Both the position numbers and the translations under genes were made by a program. The notes beneath the pieces were generated by a model. That model did not search any database, was not told the origin of the DNA, and was given only the letters and a program-made list of their open reading frames with translations. Shown here in pieces: positions 31,455-40,801 of a stretch of DNA of 64,000 nucleotides (positions are counted from its first letter, which is position 1; the number at the start of each line of letters is the position of its first letter). This DNA comes from Myxococcota bacterium. Lineage in GTDB: Bacteria; Myxococcota_A; UBA9160; UBA4427. The stretch is taken from assembly GCA_965250285.1 (NCBI GenBank), contig OZ252299.1:2496001-2560000 (forward strand). The letters run 5' to 3'.

Positions 31455-31600
31455 TGGCGCATCGGGAGGGATTCGAACCCGATTTCCTTCGCGTCTCATT
31501 GATCTGCGCGGCAGATCACCGAGATGCTCATCCGATCTACTCGCTCATCGCTCGCAGATTGCCCTCGAGTTCGACGGCCGATGCTCTACGCGACCGAGCC
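31455..31600 (-). repeat. tRNA-Arg-derived repeat, copy B, with ~75-nt hairpin insert
   Basis: Minus strand GCTCGGTCGCGTAGAGCATCGGCCGTCGAACTCGAGGGC-[insert]-GGGTTCGAATCCCTCCCGATGCGCCA: D-arm, degenerate anticodon arm, T-arm, CCA. Confidence 0.72.
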
Positions 31601-31647
31601 GTCTTTCGTCCCGATCTCCCTGACGGCTTTGCCTCAGACGTGCCTCA

Positions 31648-31685
31648 AACGAAGAAGCAGCCACGCAAGTGGTTGCTTCTTCGTT
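31648..31685 (-). terminator. 17-bp stem-loop just 3' of the tmRNA-end fragment
   Basis: AACGAAGAAGCAGCCAC-GCAA-GTGGTTGCTTCTTCGTT. Confidence 0.6.
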
Positions 31686-31692
31686 GATGAAT

Positions 31693-31721
31693 TGGTGGAG
31701 GCGGCGGGAATCGAACCCGCG
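31693..31721 (-). repeat. ssrA: tmRNA (ssrA) 3'-end fragment, att core copy 1
   Basis: Reverse complement CGCGGGTTCGATTCCCGCCGCCTCCACCA; identical to 36158-36186. Confidence 0.85.
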
Positions 31722-31848
31722 GGCCAACTGACGAGAGCGGACCAGATTCAGACACTTAGGCTTTCGAATGGAGGTGCGGAGGAGGTGCGGAGTCGGCGAA
31801 ACCACCGATACCGCGCATGATGCAGAACCCGAACCGCGTCGCGTATGA

Positions 31849-31894
31849 GGCTTCGAACCCGAGTGGCGGGGATTCGAATCTCTCCCGGCGTGCC
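31849..31894 (+). pseudogene. tRNA-Arg(UCG) 3'-half remnant (no insert)
   Basis: GG-CTTCGAA-CC, variable loop, GGGGATTCGAATCTCT, CCCGGCGTGCC. Confidence 0.55.
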
Positions 31895-32189
31895 GTTTGT
31901 CCCGGTTCCGAACTGCGATGCGCACGGGTCAGCGCGACCGATGCAGGCGTCCGACGCGTGGGTTCATGCTCTCGGAACGACGCTCGTCATTGGCCGGGTT
32001 GTTCACCACTTCGGTCCAATCGAAGTCGCCCCTGGCGTTTCGCGTGATGGGGATCGCGGCGACGCTGCTGACCATCTTGCTGGGCTCGACCTGGATTGCG
32101 CTGGATGCGTCGTGACGACCCGTTGGCGGACCGTCGGGGCCCTCGTCCGGCGGTGGCCCCCTTGGTTCCCGAGTCGGAAGGTCGTTCGA

Positions 32190-33089
32190 TCAGAACATCC
32201 CGTTCTCGTGTGCCATTTCACCGGGGATCTCCTGCAGGACGTCCCAGTGCTCGACGATGTATCCGTCCTCGACGCGGAACAGGTCGTAGATGGCCATGGG
32301 CTTTCCGTTCCACGCTCCTTCGCTCTGGGTCAGGACGAAGTTTCCTTCACCGATCACGCGATGGATGCGATTATTGGTGATCTCCTGCAATGCATCGGCG
32401 AGAGCCTCCGGCCCATCTTTCACGACCGGATTGTGCTGGTCATAGCGTCCGTCCAGGAAGAACTCTGACATTCGGGCCACATCGCCCTTGATGAGAACTT
32501 CCGCAACGAAGGTCTCGACGAGCCGCTTGTTGGCCTCCGTCTGATCCCGATCGACGACCTCGGTCATGCCGCCGGTCTGGCTGCGACCGCTGGCGGTTTC
32601 CGAGTAGTAGGGAATGATCGCGTCCCAGTGCTCGGCAACCTGGCCGCGTTCCATTCGCCAGATGTCGAACGCGACGACGGTTTCCGCACCGAAGACATGG
32701 GCGTTGCTGTAGGTGGTGTGGGTGAGAACGAGGTCGCCGTCCTCGATCATGCGGTGGGTCTCATAGTCGAATCCCGCTTCTTTCAGAGCCGGGAGCAACC
32801 CGATCACGGGTTCGATGCCCGTCGGGACATTGGGGTTGTGCTGGATGTAGTCCTCCCGATAGAGGCGCCGCATGGCGTCCTCGTCGAAGTGTTTGAACAA
32901 CGCGTCCATGGCCTTCCGAAGGACGGCTTTCTGCGAGCTCTCGGTCGGGGCTAAAGCTTCGTTCATGGCATTTCCCTTCGTTGCTTCGGCATACGTGGGT
33001 TGCGGGAGTGGAAGCGCGATCGAAAGCACCAGCAGGAAACCGAGATTCAATCCCGGCTGTTTTTGCAGTCTCGATACGAACTCAAACAT
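32190..33089 (-). CDS. Tandem SnoaL-like (NTF2) domain protein
   Basis: Two repeats of Y.QHNP ... D..R.E.G..V.EHWD; C-terminal HENGMF. Confidence 0.85.
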   Translation of the reverse strand: MFEFVSRLQKQPGLNLGFLLVLSIALPLPQPTYAEATKGNAMNEALAPTESSQKAVLRKAMDALFKHFDEDAMRRLYREDYIQHNPNVPTGIEPVIGLLPALKEAGFDYETHRMIEDGDLVLTHTTYSNAHVFGAETVVAFDIWRMERGQVAEHWDAIIPYYSETASGRSQTGGMTEVVDRDQTEANKRLVETFVAEVLIKGDVARMSEFFLDGRYDQHNPVVKDGPEALADALQEITNNRIHRVIGEGNFVLTQSEGAWNGKPMAIYDLFRVEDGYIVEHWDVLQEIPGEMAHENGMF

Positions 33090-33825
33090 TCATGCCCCCG
33101 TCGATGATCATCAGAGCGCCGGTAATGAATGAGGATTCCGGTCCCGCGAGAAACGCAGCGAGGGCCGCAACCTCATCCGGAGTCCCATGACGGCCCAGCG
33201 GGACCAGATCGTGGAGCCGCTGCCCCAGCTCACTGGCCTCGGGGTTCATGTCGGTATCGATAGGGCCAGGAACAACGGCGTTGATCGTGATGCCCCTGGG
33301 ACCGAGATCTCGGGACCAGCCCTGCACGAAAGCGTTCGCCGCCGCCTTGCTCGCCCCGTAGAGCCCGAGCGCCGGTGCGAAGAACCCGTTGGCGATCGTG
33401 GCGGTCACGACCACGATCCGGCCCCCTTCCGTCATGTGCGCCGCGGCGGCGCGCACGACGTCGAGCGTTCCCTTCACGTTGACACCGAAGACGGTTTCGT
33501 AGTCTTCGTCTTCGATCGCCTGTAGCGGCTTCATGATGTTCACGCCGGCGTTGTTGACGAGGATGTCCAGCGATCCCTCGACAGTCATCACATCGTCGAC
33601 GGCCATCGTTCCGGAGCCGGGCTCCCGAGCGTTGGCCTGGATGGCGCGCGCCTTGCCGCCGCTGCTCAGAATTTCTTCGACAACGCCCTCGGCGGCCGCT
33701 TTGGATCCGGCATAGGTCAGCACAACGCTCGCCCCGTCGGCCGCCAGGCGTCGGGCAATGGCAGCACCGATCCCTCTGCTGCCACCTGTAACAAGGGCAG
33801 TCTTGTCCTGGAGAATCGAATTCAT
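33082..33825 (-). CDS. Short-chain dehydrogenase/reductase (FabG-like)
   Basis: TGGSRGIG, NNAG, YGASK, PGPIDT. Confidence 0.93.
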   Translation of the reverse strand: MNSILQDKTALVTGGSRGIGAAIARRLAADGASVVLTYAGSKAAAEGVVEEILSSGGKARAIQANAREPGSGTMAVDDVMTVEGSLDILVNNAGVNIMKPLQAIEDEDYETVFGVNVKGTLDVVRAAAAHMTEGGRIVVVTATIANGFFAPALGLYGASKAAANAFVQGWSRDLGPRGITINAVVPGPIDTDMNPEASELGQRLHDLVPLGRHGTPDEVAALAAFLAGPESSFITGALMIIDGGMNV

Positions 33826-34856
33826 TGAACGGTTTCCTCGTGGTCGTGGAGAATGAGTGTCTTGCCGAAGCTCTTCGGCGACATGAACGCTGCAAAGGCG
33901 CTGGGCGCTTCGTCGAAAGCGAAACGCTCGTTGATGGGAACTCGGAGATCGTGGAACGCGGTCGCTGCAACGACTCGTTCCAGCACAGCGCGTGAGCCCA
34001 CCATCACCGGAAGCAGCCGGGCGCCGTTCATCAGGAGATCGATGACTTCGATGGGCGGACCCTCCGCAGCCTTGAAACCGATCTGCATCACGCGACCACC
34101 CTGGCCGCACGCCTTGATGGATTGCGCGATGGACGGGGGTCCCGCTGTCTCCAAGATCACATCGGCGCCTTGGCCACCGGTGAGCTCCCGCACTGCCGTC
34201 GACCAGTCGGAACGTTCCCGATAATTGACGGTGAAGTCGGCACCAAGCGCCCGAACGCGCTCCAGCTTGCGATCATCCGATGACGTAATGCCGACCCGGG
34301 CACCGGCTGCCTTCGCCAACCCGACCGCCGTCAGGGCCACCATCCCCGTTCCCACCGCGACAACGGTCTGCCCCGGCAGAAGCGGGCCCAGCTCGAAGAG
34401 CGCGTTCCACGCCGTCACGGCCACGCAGGGAAGACAGGCCGCCTGTTCGAAGGAGACGCTGTCCGGCAGATGGACGAGTGCGCTTTCCTCGAGAACGACC
34501 TCACTGGCGAGGACACCCGGTCGCAGTTCGCCCAGCGCCCCCGACGCCATGCTGTCTCGGAAGGGTCCGTCCTGGTGGAGCGGGTTGAATGCGATCACCA
34601 CGCGATCCCCGATCGCGAACGCAGTGACCGCCTCGCCGATCTCTGTCACGACACCGGCGCCATCGGAGACGGGGACGATCTCCTCCGGGAGCGGGAGCGG
34701 CGATTGGCCCATCGCGGCCATCGCATCGCGGCTGTTCAAGGAGTTGGCTCGCAGGGATACGCGAACATCTCCGGGCCCGAGATCGCGCTCCGCGCTCCCG
34801 TTCAGCTGGAGCGTTTCAAAACCGCCCCCGGGCCTCAAAGTCCAAAATCTTCTCAC
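33822..34856 (-). CDS. Zinc-type/MDR NAD(P)-dependent alcohol dehydrogenase
   Basis: SLNSRD, PVSDGAG, LPCVAVTAWNAL, SSDDRKL, FGK. Confidence 0.9.
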   Translation of the reverse strand: MRRFWTLRPGGGFETLQLNGSAERDLGPGDVRVSLRANSLNSRDAMAAMGQSPLPLPEEIVPVSDGAGVVTEIGEAVTAFAIGDRVVIAFNPLHQDGPFRDSMASGALGELRPGVLASEVVLEESALVHLPDSVSFEQAACLPCVAVTAWNALFELGPLLPGQTVVAVGTGMVALTAVGLAKAAGARVGITSSDDRKLERVRALGADFTVNYRERSDWSTAVRELTGGQGADVILETAGPPSIAQSIKACGQGGRVMQIGFKAAEGPPIEVIDLLMNGARLLPVMVGSRAVLERVVAATAFHDLRVPINERFAFDEAPSAFAAFMSPKSFGKTLILHDHEETVQ

Positions 34857-34901
34857 CGAAACGACCTCTCTTACTGTTGGGTCGCGGCAAGGTATCGTTG
34901 T

Positions 34902-34943
34902 GATACTTGGTTACAATTACGCACTTATAAGTGACCAAGTATC
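34902..34943. promoter_or_regulatory. Inverted-repeat operator between ADH operon and HxlR gene
   Basis: GATACTTGGTTAC ... GTGACCAAGTATC (12/13 match). Confidence 0.6.
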
Positions 34944-34977
34944 CCGGGGCATACCCCCGCAGTCGGAGGCCGGCGAC

Positions 34978-35352
34978 ATGATCCCCATCACCTGCAATGA
35001 CAAAGAGGAATCGGACGCGTGCCCCATCAGGAGTGTGCTGAGCAACGTGATGGGAAAGTGGAGACTGATCATCATGTTGGCGCTCGAAGACGGCGCCCTT
35101 CGGTTCGGCGAGGTCAAGCGTGCGATCGGTGACGTCACCCAACGCGTGCTCACGGAGAACCTTCGTGGACTCGAGCGCGATGGCTATCTCACCAGAACGG
35201 TACTTCCGGGCCCGCCGCTGGCCGTTTCCTATGAACTGACGGACCGCGGTCGCGAACTGGTGGATCACTTCAAACCGCTCGTCTACTGGGCCCGCGACAA
35301 CATGGATGACATCAAGAACACCAGGGCCAGCTTCGAGTCCGCTGGGCCGTAG
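34978..35352 (+). CDS. HxlR-family winged-helix regulator
   Basis: CPIR..L..V.GKW, RFGEVKR, LTENLRGLERDG, V.YELT..G. Confidence 0.9.
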   Translation: MIPITCNDKEESDACPIRSVLSNVMGKWRLIIMLALEDGALRFGEVKRAIGDVTQRVLTENLRGLERDGYLTRTVLPGPPLAVSYELTDRGRELVDHFKPLVYWARDNMDDIKNTRASFESAGP

Positions 35353-35693
35353 TTCTTCCAGCTGGCCTGCTCGAAGCGCGTCTGAGAGCGAGGTTGCATG
35401 CCGCCCCAGATCGACTTTTCTCGACGGGCTCTCGAGCGGTGCATCCCGGCCGGCCTCAGCAAGAGGCGAGCCAACCAACGGCCGTGGAATCGGATTCCGA
35501 ACCGCACCGCAGCGAGCTGCAGCCGCGATTGCCCTGAAGCCTCTCACGGTTGCAATCGTCGCCCCCTCCTCGCTTCGACATCCTGCTCACGAGTCGAGGG
35601 GATGGACAATACAAACGGCCTTCCTCGCGGCTGGGGAATGAATCGAGGGTGGCGCCCAGGCGTCTCCGCACTTCTGATCAAGGAGTCTTGACG

Positions 35694-35945
35694 ATGAAGA
35701 TCCAAATGGGACTCGCAATGCTCGTCGCACTGGTCCTCGCACTCGGTTGTGGCGGTTCGGCTCGGGACAACGCCGGCGACGGGATCGCGAATTGCTTCGT
35801 CACGTGCAGCGACGGGGAAGGCGATCCCATCGAATCGTGCGAAGACAGCCCCCGGGACTGTCAAGTCGAATGCAATACGGTCTGCGCCGAAGACGGCTGC
35901 TTCGAAGCCGAGTTCCGCCAGGGCGAACTCTGCCGAAACGTTTGA
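35694..35945 (+). CDS. Small Cys-rich lipoprotein
   Basis: AGGAG RBS; lipobox ALGC; 8 further Cys in ~65 aa. Confidence 0.7.
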   Translation: MKIQMGLAMLVALVLALGCGGSARDNAGDGIANCFVTCSDGEGDPIESCEDSPRDCQVECNTVCAEDGCFEAEFRQGELCRNV

Positions 35946-36157
35946 GCTGAGCTTCTCCGTATCCCCAACGCGTGGGACGCTGAAGCGAGCCGCATCAAGA
36001 CGGCTTTGTCCGGGCAGACCGGTCGTGCGCCCTCGCCTGTCCCGCGCTCGATCGCCGCAGGTGCAACACCGCGGATCGTTTGGCGTTTCGAGTGGCGGTT
36101 TGCGGGTTTCCACGGGAGCGCGATTCCGAACGCAACTCACCGAAGTTGCTGAATCGA

Positions 36158-36186
36158 TGGTGGAGGCGGCGGGAATCGAACCCGCG
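36158..36186 (-). repeat. ssrA: tmRNA (ssrA) 3'-end fragment, att core copy 2
   Basis: TGGTGGAGGCGGCGGGAATCGAACCCGCG, identical to 31693-31721. Confidence 0.85.
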
Positions 36187-36264
36187 CTCACAATAGCAAA
36201 ATCAGATACTTAGAGCCGAAAAAGGTGCCTCAAGGGTGCCTCAGAACGCAACTGCGCGAATCCG

Positions 36265-37242
36265 TCAGCAGTAGTCGTCGATCGAATCGCCACCCTCCCA
36301 GGACAACCCCTGGATCAGCGTGAACTGCTTCTCCGCGCCCTCGAACGCGAAGAAGGTGCCGCGGCTCTCGTGAACGAACTTGCCGCCCTCGTACGTCACC
36401 TTTGCGAGCGACCACGGCTTGACCGCGCCTTCTCCCTGCTCCCCTAGAACGAACAGCGCGGCGTTGTCGGAGGCCAGCGCGGTCTTTACGACCTTGGTTC
36501 CACCGAAGCGAGAGACGGCGAAGACTTCGCCTTCCTCGAGATTGCCGAAATAGGCTTCCAGGGTCTCCACTTGACCGTCTTGCGGGGAGCGCGGGAACTC
36601 AGCTGGGAGACGCCAGTTTCGCTGCACCGCGCCGGGTGTCAGCGACTCAACGAGTGCTTCCGATTCTTCCGCCACCGGCTCCGGGCGTGGGCCGAAAACC
36701 CAGTCACCGAGCGTTCCACCCTTCGAAGGACTGTCGGACTTCGCCCAATCGAGGAGCCGCTTGCGGCTGTACGCTGCCTCGGCTGGCGTCACCGTTCGCA
36801 TCCAGTCGAAGTCCTTTGCCAGAGTCCCGTGGCGGGGTCTGCTCGGGTCGGCGAGGAAGTTCTCAATGCTGCCGTAGTGGTGCTCCACGCGCTTTGCCGT
36901 GATTGGGTTCAGAAGGATGTTCTCTAGTCGCGTAACCCATCGCAGGTTCTCGGGGCGATTATTGCGGCGGTTCGCATCGATGTGGTCAACGACGTGGTCC
37001 TTGGTCGGCTGCGGGCCATGAAATGCCGTCGCAATGATCCGATGAACGACGTGCTCCGAAATGACCATGTAGCCACTGTGGGCGCAAGGCCTACCGAACG
37101 TCCATTTCTCGTCGAGCGGCCGCCTTCGTTTTCCCTGCCGAGAACGACGAAGAACCGCGCCATTGTCCCGCACCGCGTACTCCTCGCCGCGATAGTTGCA
37201 GTCAGCCTCCCGCCCGAAGATATCGACGTCGACGAAGCTCAT
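36265..37242 (-). CDS. HNH endonuclease domain protein
   Basis: VHRIIATAFHG...VVDHIDANRRNNRPENLRW. Confidence 0.85.
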   Translation of the reverse strand: MSFVDVDIFGREADCNYRGEEYAVRDNGAVLRRSRQGKRRRPLDEKWTFGRPCAHSGYMVISEHVVHRIIATAFHGPQPTKDHVVDHIDANRRNNRPENLRWVTRLENILLNPITAKRVEHHYGSIENFLADPSRPRHGTLAKDFDWMRTVTPAEAAYSRKRLLDWAKSDSPSKGGTLGDWVFGPRPEPVAEESEALVESLTPGAVQRNWRLPAEFPRSPQDGQVETLEAYFGNLEEGEVFAVSRFGGTKVVKTALASDNAALFVLGEQGEGAVKPWSLAKVTYEGGKFVHESRGTFFAFEGAEKQFTLIQGLSWEGGDSIDDYC

Positions 37243-37243
37243 A

Positions 37244-37894
37244 TCAGAGTTCTCCCCCAGCCCGCACCAGGCGCGCGGCCAGAGCTTCTCTGGTCTCGTC
37301 GTCCACACGACGCCGAAGCCAGCTAGCGAAACGCTCGACGAACCAACCAGGACGCCCGTAGTGCGGGTTTACAGCAGCCAGGCACACGGCCGCGGCATCT
37401 GACTGACCGTTCGAGCTCGAGTTCGCCAACGAGCGCCCGACGTGTCTGGCGGCCTCCATGAGCGCAGCTGCGCGCTCCTCGTTCGGAAGCTGGGAGAGCT
37501 CCAACGCCGAGACCAGATGGCCGGCGAGAGCGATTGTGTCGCGCTTGGCCTTCTCGTTCTCCGCCAGCCACTTCCTCGCATTGGGGCTCGCCATGAACGC
37601 TTGACGCGCGTTCCTTGCGTCCTCCACGTCGGCGCCAAGTTGGTCGACGGCGCCAAGTACATCGCCGTGGATATTCCGGACCCGCATGGAGGCCCGAGCG
37701 AGGTCCTCGTCCGTCCAGCCACTCGGAAGGCTGGCTGCCTCGCGGAGCTGCGAATCGATGTCGCCGAAAGTGCTGCGCAGGTAGGGCTTCGACCCCGCGA
37801 TGAACTGGCAATCGCGGGAGACCTCACTGACGTACTTGTTGAACTGCTCTTTCTTCCGGAAGCGGGCTTGCTTCTCGGCGTTCGAGATCGGCAT
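37244..37894 (-). CDS. Hypothetical protein
   Basis: GGAGG RBS; SNAEKQARFRKK N-terminus; stop one base before the HNH gene start. Confidence 0.7.
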   Translation of the reverse strand: MPISNAEKQARFRKKEQFNKYVSEVSRDCQFIAGSKPYLRSTFGDIDSQLREAASLPSGWTDEDLARASMRVRNIHGDVLGAVDQLGADVEDARNARQAFMASPNARKWLAENEKAKRDTIALAGHLVSALELSQLPNEERAAALMEAARHVGRSLANSSSNGQSDAAAVCLAAVNPHYGRPGWFVERFASWLRRRVDDETREALAARLVRAGGEL

Positions 37895-38263
37895 TGGCAA
37901 CCCTCCGAGGGAGACGACAAGGCCGCCGTCGCTCTTTGGTTACGTAACTCTGTATCATGATTACGTCAAGTGCCCGCCCCGCTGGGGCGCCGGGCGGGTT
38001 CCGTTGTCCGGTCGGGCCCGGAAAGAAGCGACGCCAGGCAGCGCGCCTTCCCATGGCCCGAATCGGAGTCAACGCTGATAGTCGCCTCCCGCACCCGTAT
38101 GGCGATTCCGCGCGCGCAGCTCGCAGGGCATATGGTCTGCAGGGCGGGACTTGATCTGGCACCGCTCCAGTGCTTGGCGTTACACCTAGCGTGTGGGACG
38201 AGTTCGCCTAGAACTCGTCGGATTCGGATGCAGGCGAGGCAGATCGAGGAGCAGGACTCAGCG

Positions 38264-39481
38264 ATGACCGACTACCGATCGCGTCTGCGAGAACTCGAAG
38301 AGCGAACGCGCCAGGAGTTCGGCGGGCAACTTGAGATTCAGCTGGTACTCGAAGAGGAGGCGCCGCTGCCGTGGGGGCTCCGCGTGTATCTCGTTGCGCT
38401 CGACGGCCGCTTCGACGTCGCCGCCCGGTTCGCGTCCCCTTGGTTCCTGGAGCCGCGTGACGACGCGATGGGCTTTCTCTTCGCGGTCGGTGCCCTGGCC
38501 AAGCGCCAAGATCTCGGCGATTTCGTTCCCCGGCAAGACTGGGATTCAAGCTACCAACCGCCCGCGGTGGCCCATGGATCCCACTCCGGCGTTGACGTCG
38601 TAAATCGCCTAAGGCCCGATTTCGGCGCGCACTCGTGGATGCCCGAAAACCACGCGCATGGTGAGCGCAGCTGGTCGCCCTACAAGCGCTATTCCCACCG
38701 CCTGCTCGACGTGCTCTTCGACGGGTCGTATACGGCCGATTCTGGAGAACAGATCGAAACGATGTCGCCAGAGATGGACCCACGGTGGACTGTTTGCATC
38801 TACGCGGACCCGAAGCGCCCGCGATTCCGACCCACGTTCTCGCCGGACGAGGGCGAACTCCACTTGGCGGGTACTGTGGATGAGCTGACGTTGATTCGCC
38901 CACAGGGCTGGAAGAGCGGCGTATCTCCTCGAGACCTCGATGCATGGGTGCGAATTGACGTCACCGGCACCATCGAGGACACGATGGACCGACTGCTTGA
39001 GATCATTCTCGAGCCCTTCTCCAAGACGACCGAAGTCAACCTACCGTTCATGGAGAACATCTTTCAGGTCTCGGAGGACGGGCTGTTCATCTTCTATCCG
39101 CTCGCCCTGCATCCGGGTTCGGAATCCAACGAATCCATCGAACTCGGCGTGACTGTGCAGGCCCCCTTTCTCACGACCGGCTGGGTGAAGAGCATTCGAG
39201 ACAACAAACTCAGCCCTTCCAGCGGACAGTTCCGCAGGACCGTCGGCAACATCGCGAGGGACATCGTCGAGGTTGCCGACCAGTCGCTACGGGAGGCACC
39301 TGCGACAGCCCCCGAAGGCGGCTGGCGGGCCGAGCCCGTGGTGGGCGCGAAGGAGCGTCTTGCTTTCTGGGAGCGGGCGACGCCCGTCGACGTCGCCGAG
39401 GCGACCGACCGGACGTTTCGCGTACGCGAATGGCGTCGCCAGCTCGAACGCGCACGGAGCGAAGTCATCGAGCCTGAATAG
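38264..39481 (+). CDS. Hypothetical protein
   Basis: Long globular-looking ORF; start 38228 or 38264. Confidence 0.65.
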   Translation: MTDYRSRLRELEERTRQEFGGQLEIQLVLEEEAPLPWGLRVYLVALDGRFDVAARFASPWFLEPRDDAMGFLFAVGALAKRQDLGDFVPRQDWDSSYQPPAVAHGSHSGVDVVNRLRPDFGAHSWMPENHAHGERSWSPYKRYSHRLLDVLFDGSYTADSGEQIETMSPEMDPRWTVCIYADPKRPRFRPTFSPDEGELHLAGTVDELTLIRPQGWKSGVSPRDLDAWVRIDVTGTIEDTMDRLLEIILEPFSKTTEVNLPFMENIFQVSEDGLFIFYPLALHPGSESNESIELGVTVQAPFLTTGWVKSIRDNKLSPSSGQFRRTVGNIARDIVEVADQSLREAPATAPEGGWRAEPVVGAKERLAFWERATPVDVAEATDRTFRVREWRRQLERARSEVIEPE

Positions 39482-39638
39482 CTTTTCGGCCGTGCCGGCG
39501 GCCGGGCTTGCCTCGATCCGTTTCGTGCAATAGGGTAAAAGTCAAACGAAACGTCGCATCCCCCGCCGCAGGGTGAGCTCGAAGCGGGACACAGCGACCT
39601 CACGAGTCAGGCAAGCGCCTGGCTGAGGTGCTTGTCCC

Positions 39639-40397
39639 ATGACTTCGATCGAATTCCCCGAGTCCGGCAGCCTGCCGCCCCCGAGCCACGAGGACTCCTC
39701 CAGCCTCGAAGCGCTCAACCCGCCCTCCGCCAGCATCATCGCGCTCTATGCTGGCCTGCTCTGCGAGATCACTGAGAATTCGCAGTCCAGCCTGGGCGAG
39801 CTCTTCGAGTCCACTTTTCGTCGCTCTGATCTCCCGGCGTACTTCGGGTCGCCCGACTTCATCCCGCCGATTGCGGCAAGTCTCTTTCGGTTGAATCGCG
39901 TCGCCACTGTCCTCGAGATTCTTCTCCAGTACGGCGACGGTTTCAGCGGCGCGCGCCTGCGCAGCATCGTCGCCCGCGAGCTGGCGGCGGCAGGCGTGCC
40001 GGTCAGCCACGTCCGAAATCACTGGGAGCCCACGCTCTACACCGACCGGCAGGCCTATCGACACGTCATTGCACTCGCCGAGTGGGTCGCCGATGTCACC
40101 CATGGCTTCCTTGAGGAACTGCACGGGGTTCGGCACTACCTCGCTGCTGCGAATACAGACGTCGCGTTTGACGAGGACCTCGAGCTCGTCGACTACGTCG
40201 CAGTCAACATGCAGCGCCTCCGTGAGAAGACGCTTGCGCTGAGCACCGTCATCTCCTTCGCGCTCGATGTGCGGGCAGACGGCCAGGCGGTTCTCGCCTT
40301 CGTCCAGCCGATGCTCTCCACCCTCGACCCGCGTCCCGGACCGGCACCGCCCCTGCCCGAGCTGAAGCCGAACGTTGCCACCCAGAGCGCGAAGTAG
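39639..40397 (+). CDS. Hypothetical protein
   Basis: 252-aa helical ORF heading the mob gene run. Confidence 0.6.
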   Translation: MTSIEFPESGSLPPPSHEDSSSLEALNPPSASIIALYAGLLCEITENSQSSLGELFESTFRRSDLPAYFGSPDFIPPIAASLFRLNRVATVLEILLQYGDGFSGARLRSIVARELAAAGVPVSHVRNHWEPTLYTDRQAYRHVIALAEWVADVTHGFLEELHGVRHYLAAANTDVAFDEDLELVDYVAVNMQRLREKTLALSTVISFALDVRADGQAVLAFVQPMLSTLDPRPGPAPPLPELKPNVATQSAK

Positions 40398-40413
40398 GGG
40401 GTGGCTCGTGAAG

Positions 40414-40797
40414 ATGAACAAGCCGAACGAAGCGGGCCCCGCCTCCGTCGTCACGACGATTCGCCTGAAAGCGCACCTTCGGCGTCGCCTCGACCAGGCT
40501 GTCGAGGAAGCGTCGAGCGCCATCGCGCCCGGGAGCGTAAGCAGGAACGCGATGATCAGCCTTCTGATCGAGCGCGGCCTCGATGCGCTCGATCAGCAGG
40601 CTACGCCCAGCGCCGATGAGATTGCGCCGCCGAGCAGTGCCAATGCGGAACTCCTGGGTGAGCTCCTCCTTGCAGTCCGCCAGAACGCAGAAGCCTCGCG
40701 CCGGATCGCGGATGCAATCGAGCGAGCCGACCTGCTTCCTCGTGGGGTAGCGGACGAGGTCTGGCTGGACTCCCTGCCTGACCGGGCGGAGAGCTGA
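40414..40797 (+). CDS. Ribbon-helix-helix protein, probable relaxosome accessory (TrwA-like position)
   Basis: TTIRLKAHLRRRLD...SRNAMISLLIERGL; 4 bp upstream of the relaxase. Confidence 0.6.
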   Translation: MNKPNEAGPASVVTTIRLKAHLRRRLDQAVEEASSAIAPGSVSRNAMISLLIERGLDALDQQATPSADEIAPPSSANAELLGELLLAVRQNAEASRRIADAIERADLLPRGVADEVWLDSLPDRAES

Positions 40798-40801
40798 TCG
40801 T

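Larger units (their letters stand above)
31693..36186. mobile_element. Integrase-less mini-island (~4.5 kb) between two ssrA att cores
   Basis: Bounded by identical 29-bp direct repeats; carries redox cargo genes. Confidence 0.65.

Noticed and set aside
29079..31894. Functional tRNA genes
   Set aside because: 5' acceptor strands are missing or degenerate and copy B's anticodon stem is broken; treated as remnants.
31693..36186. Complete tmRNA gene
   Set aside because: Only the last 29 nt are present in each copy; no 5' end or tag reading frame.
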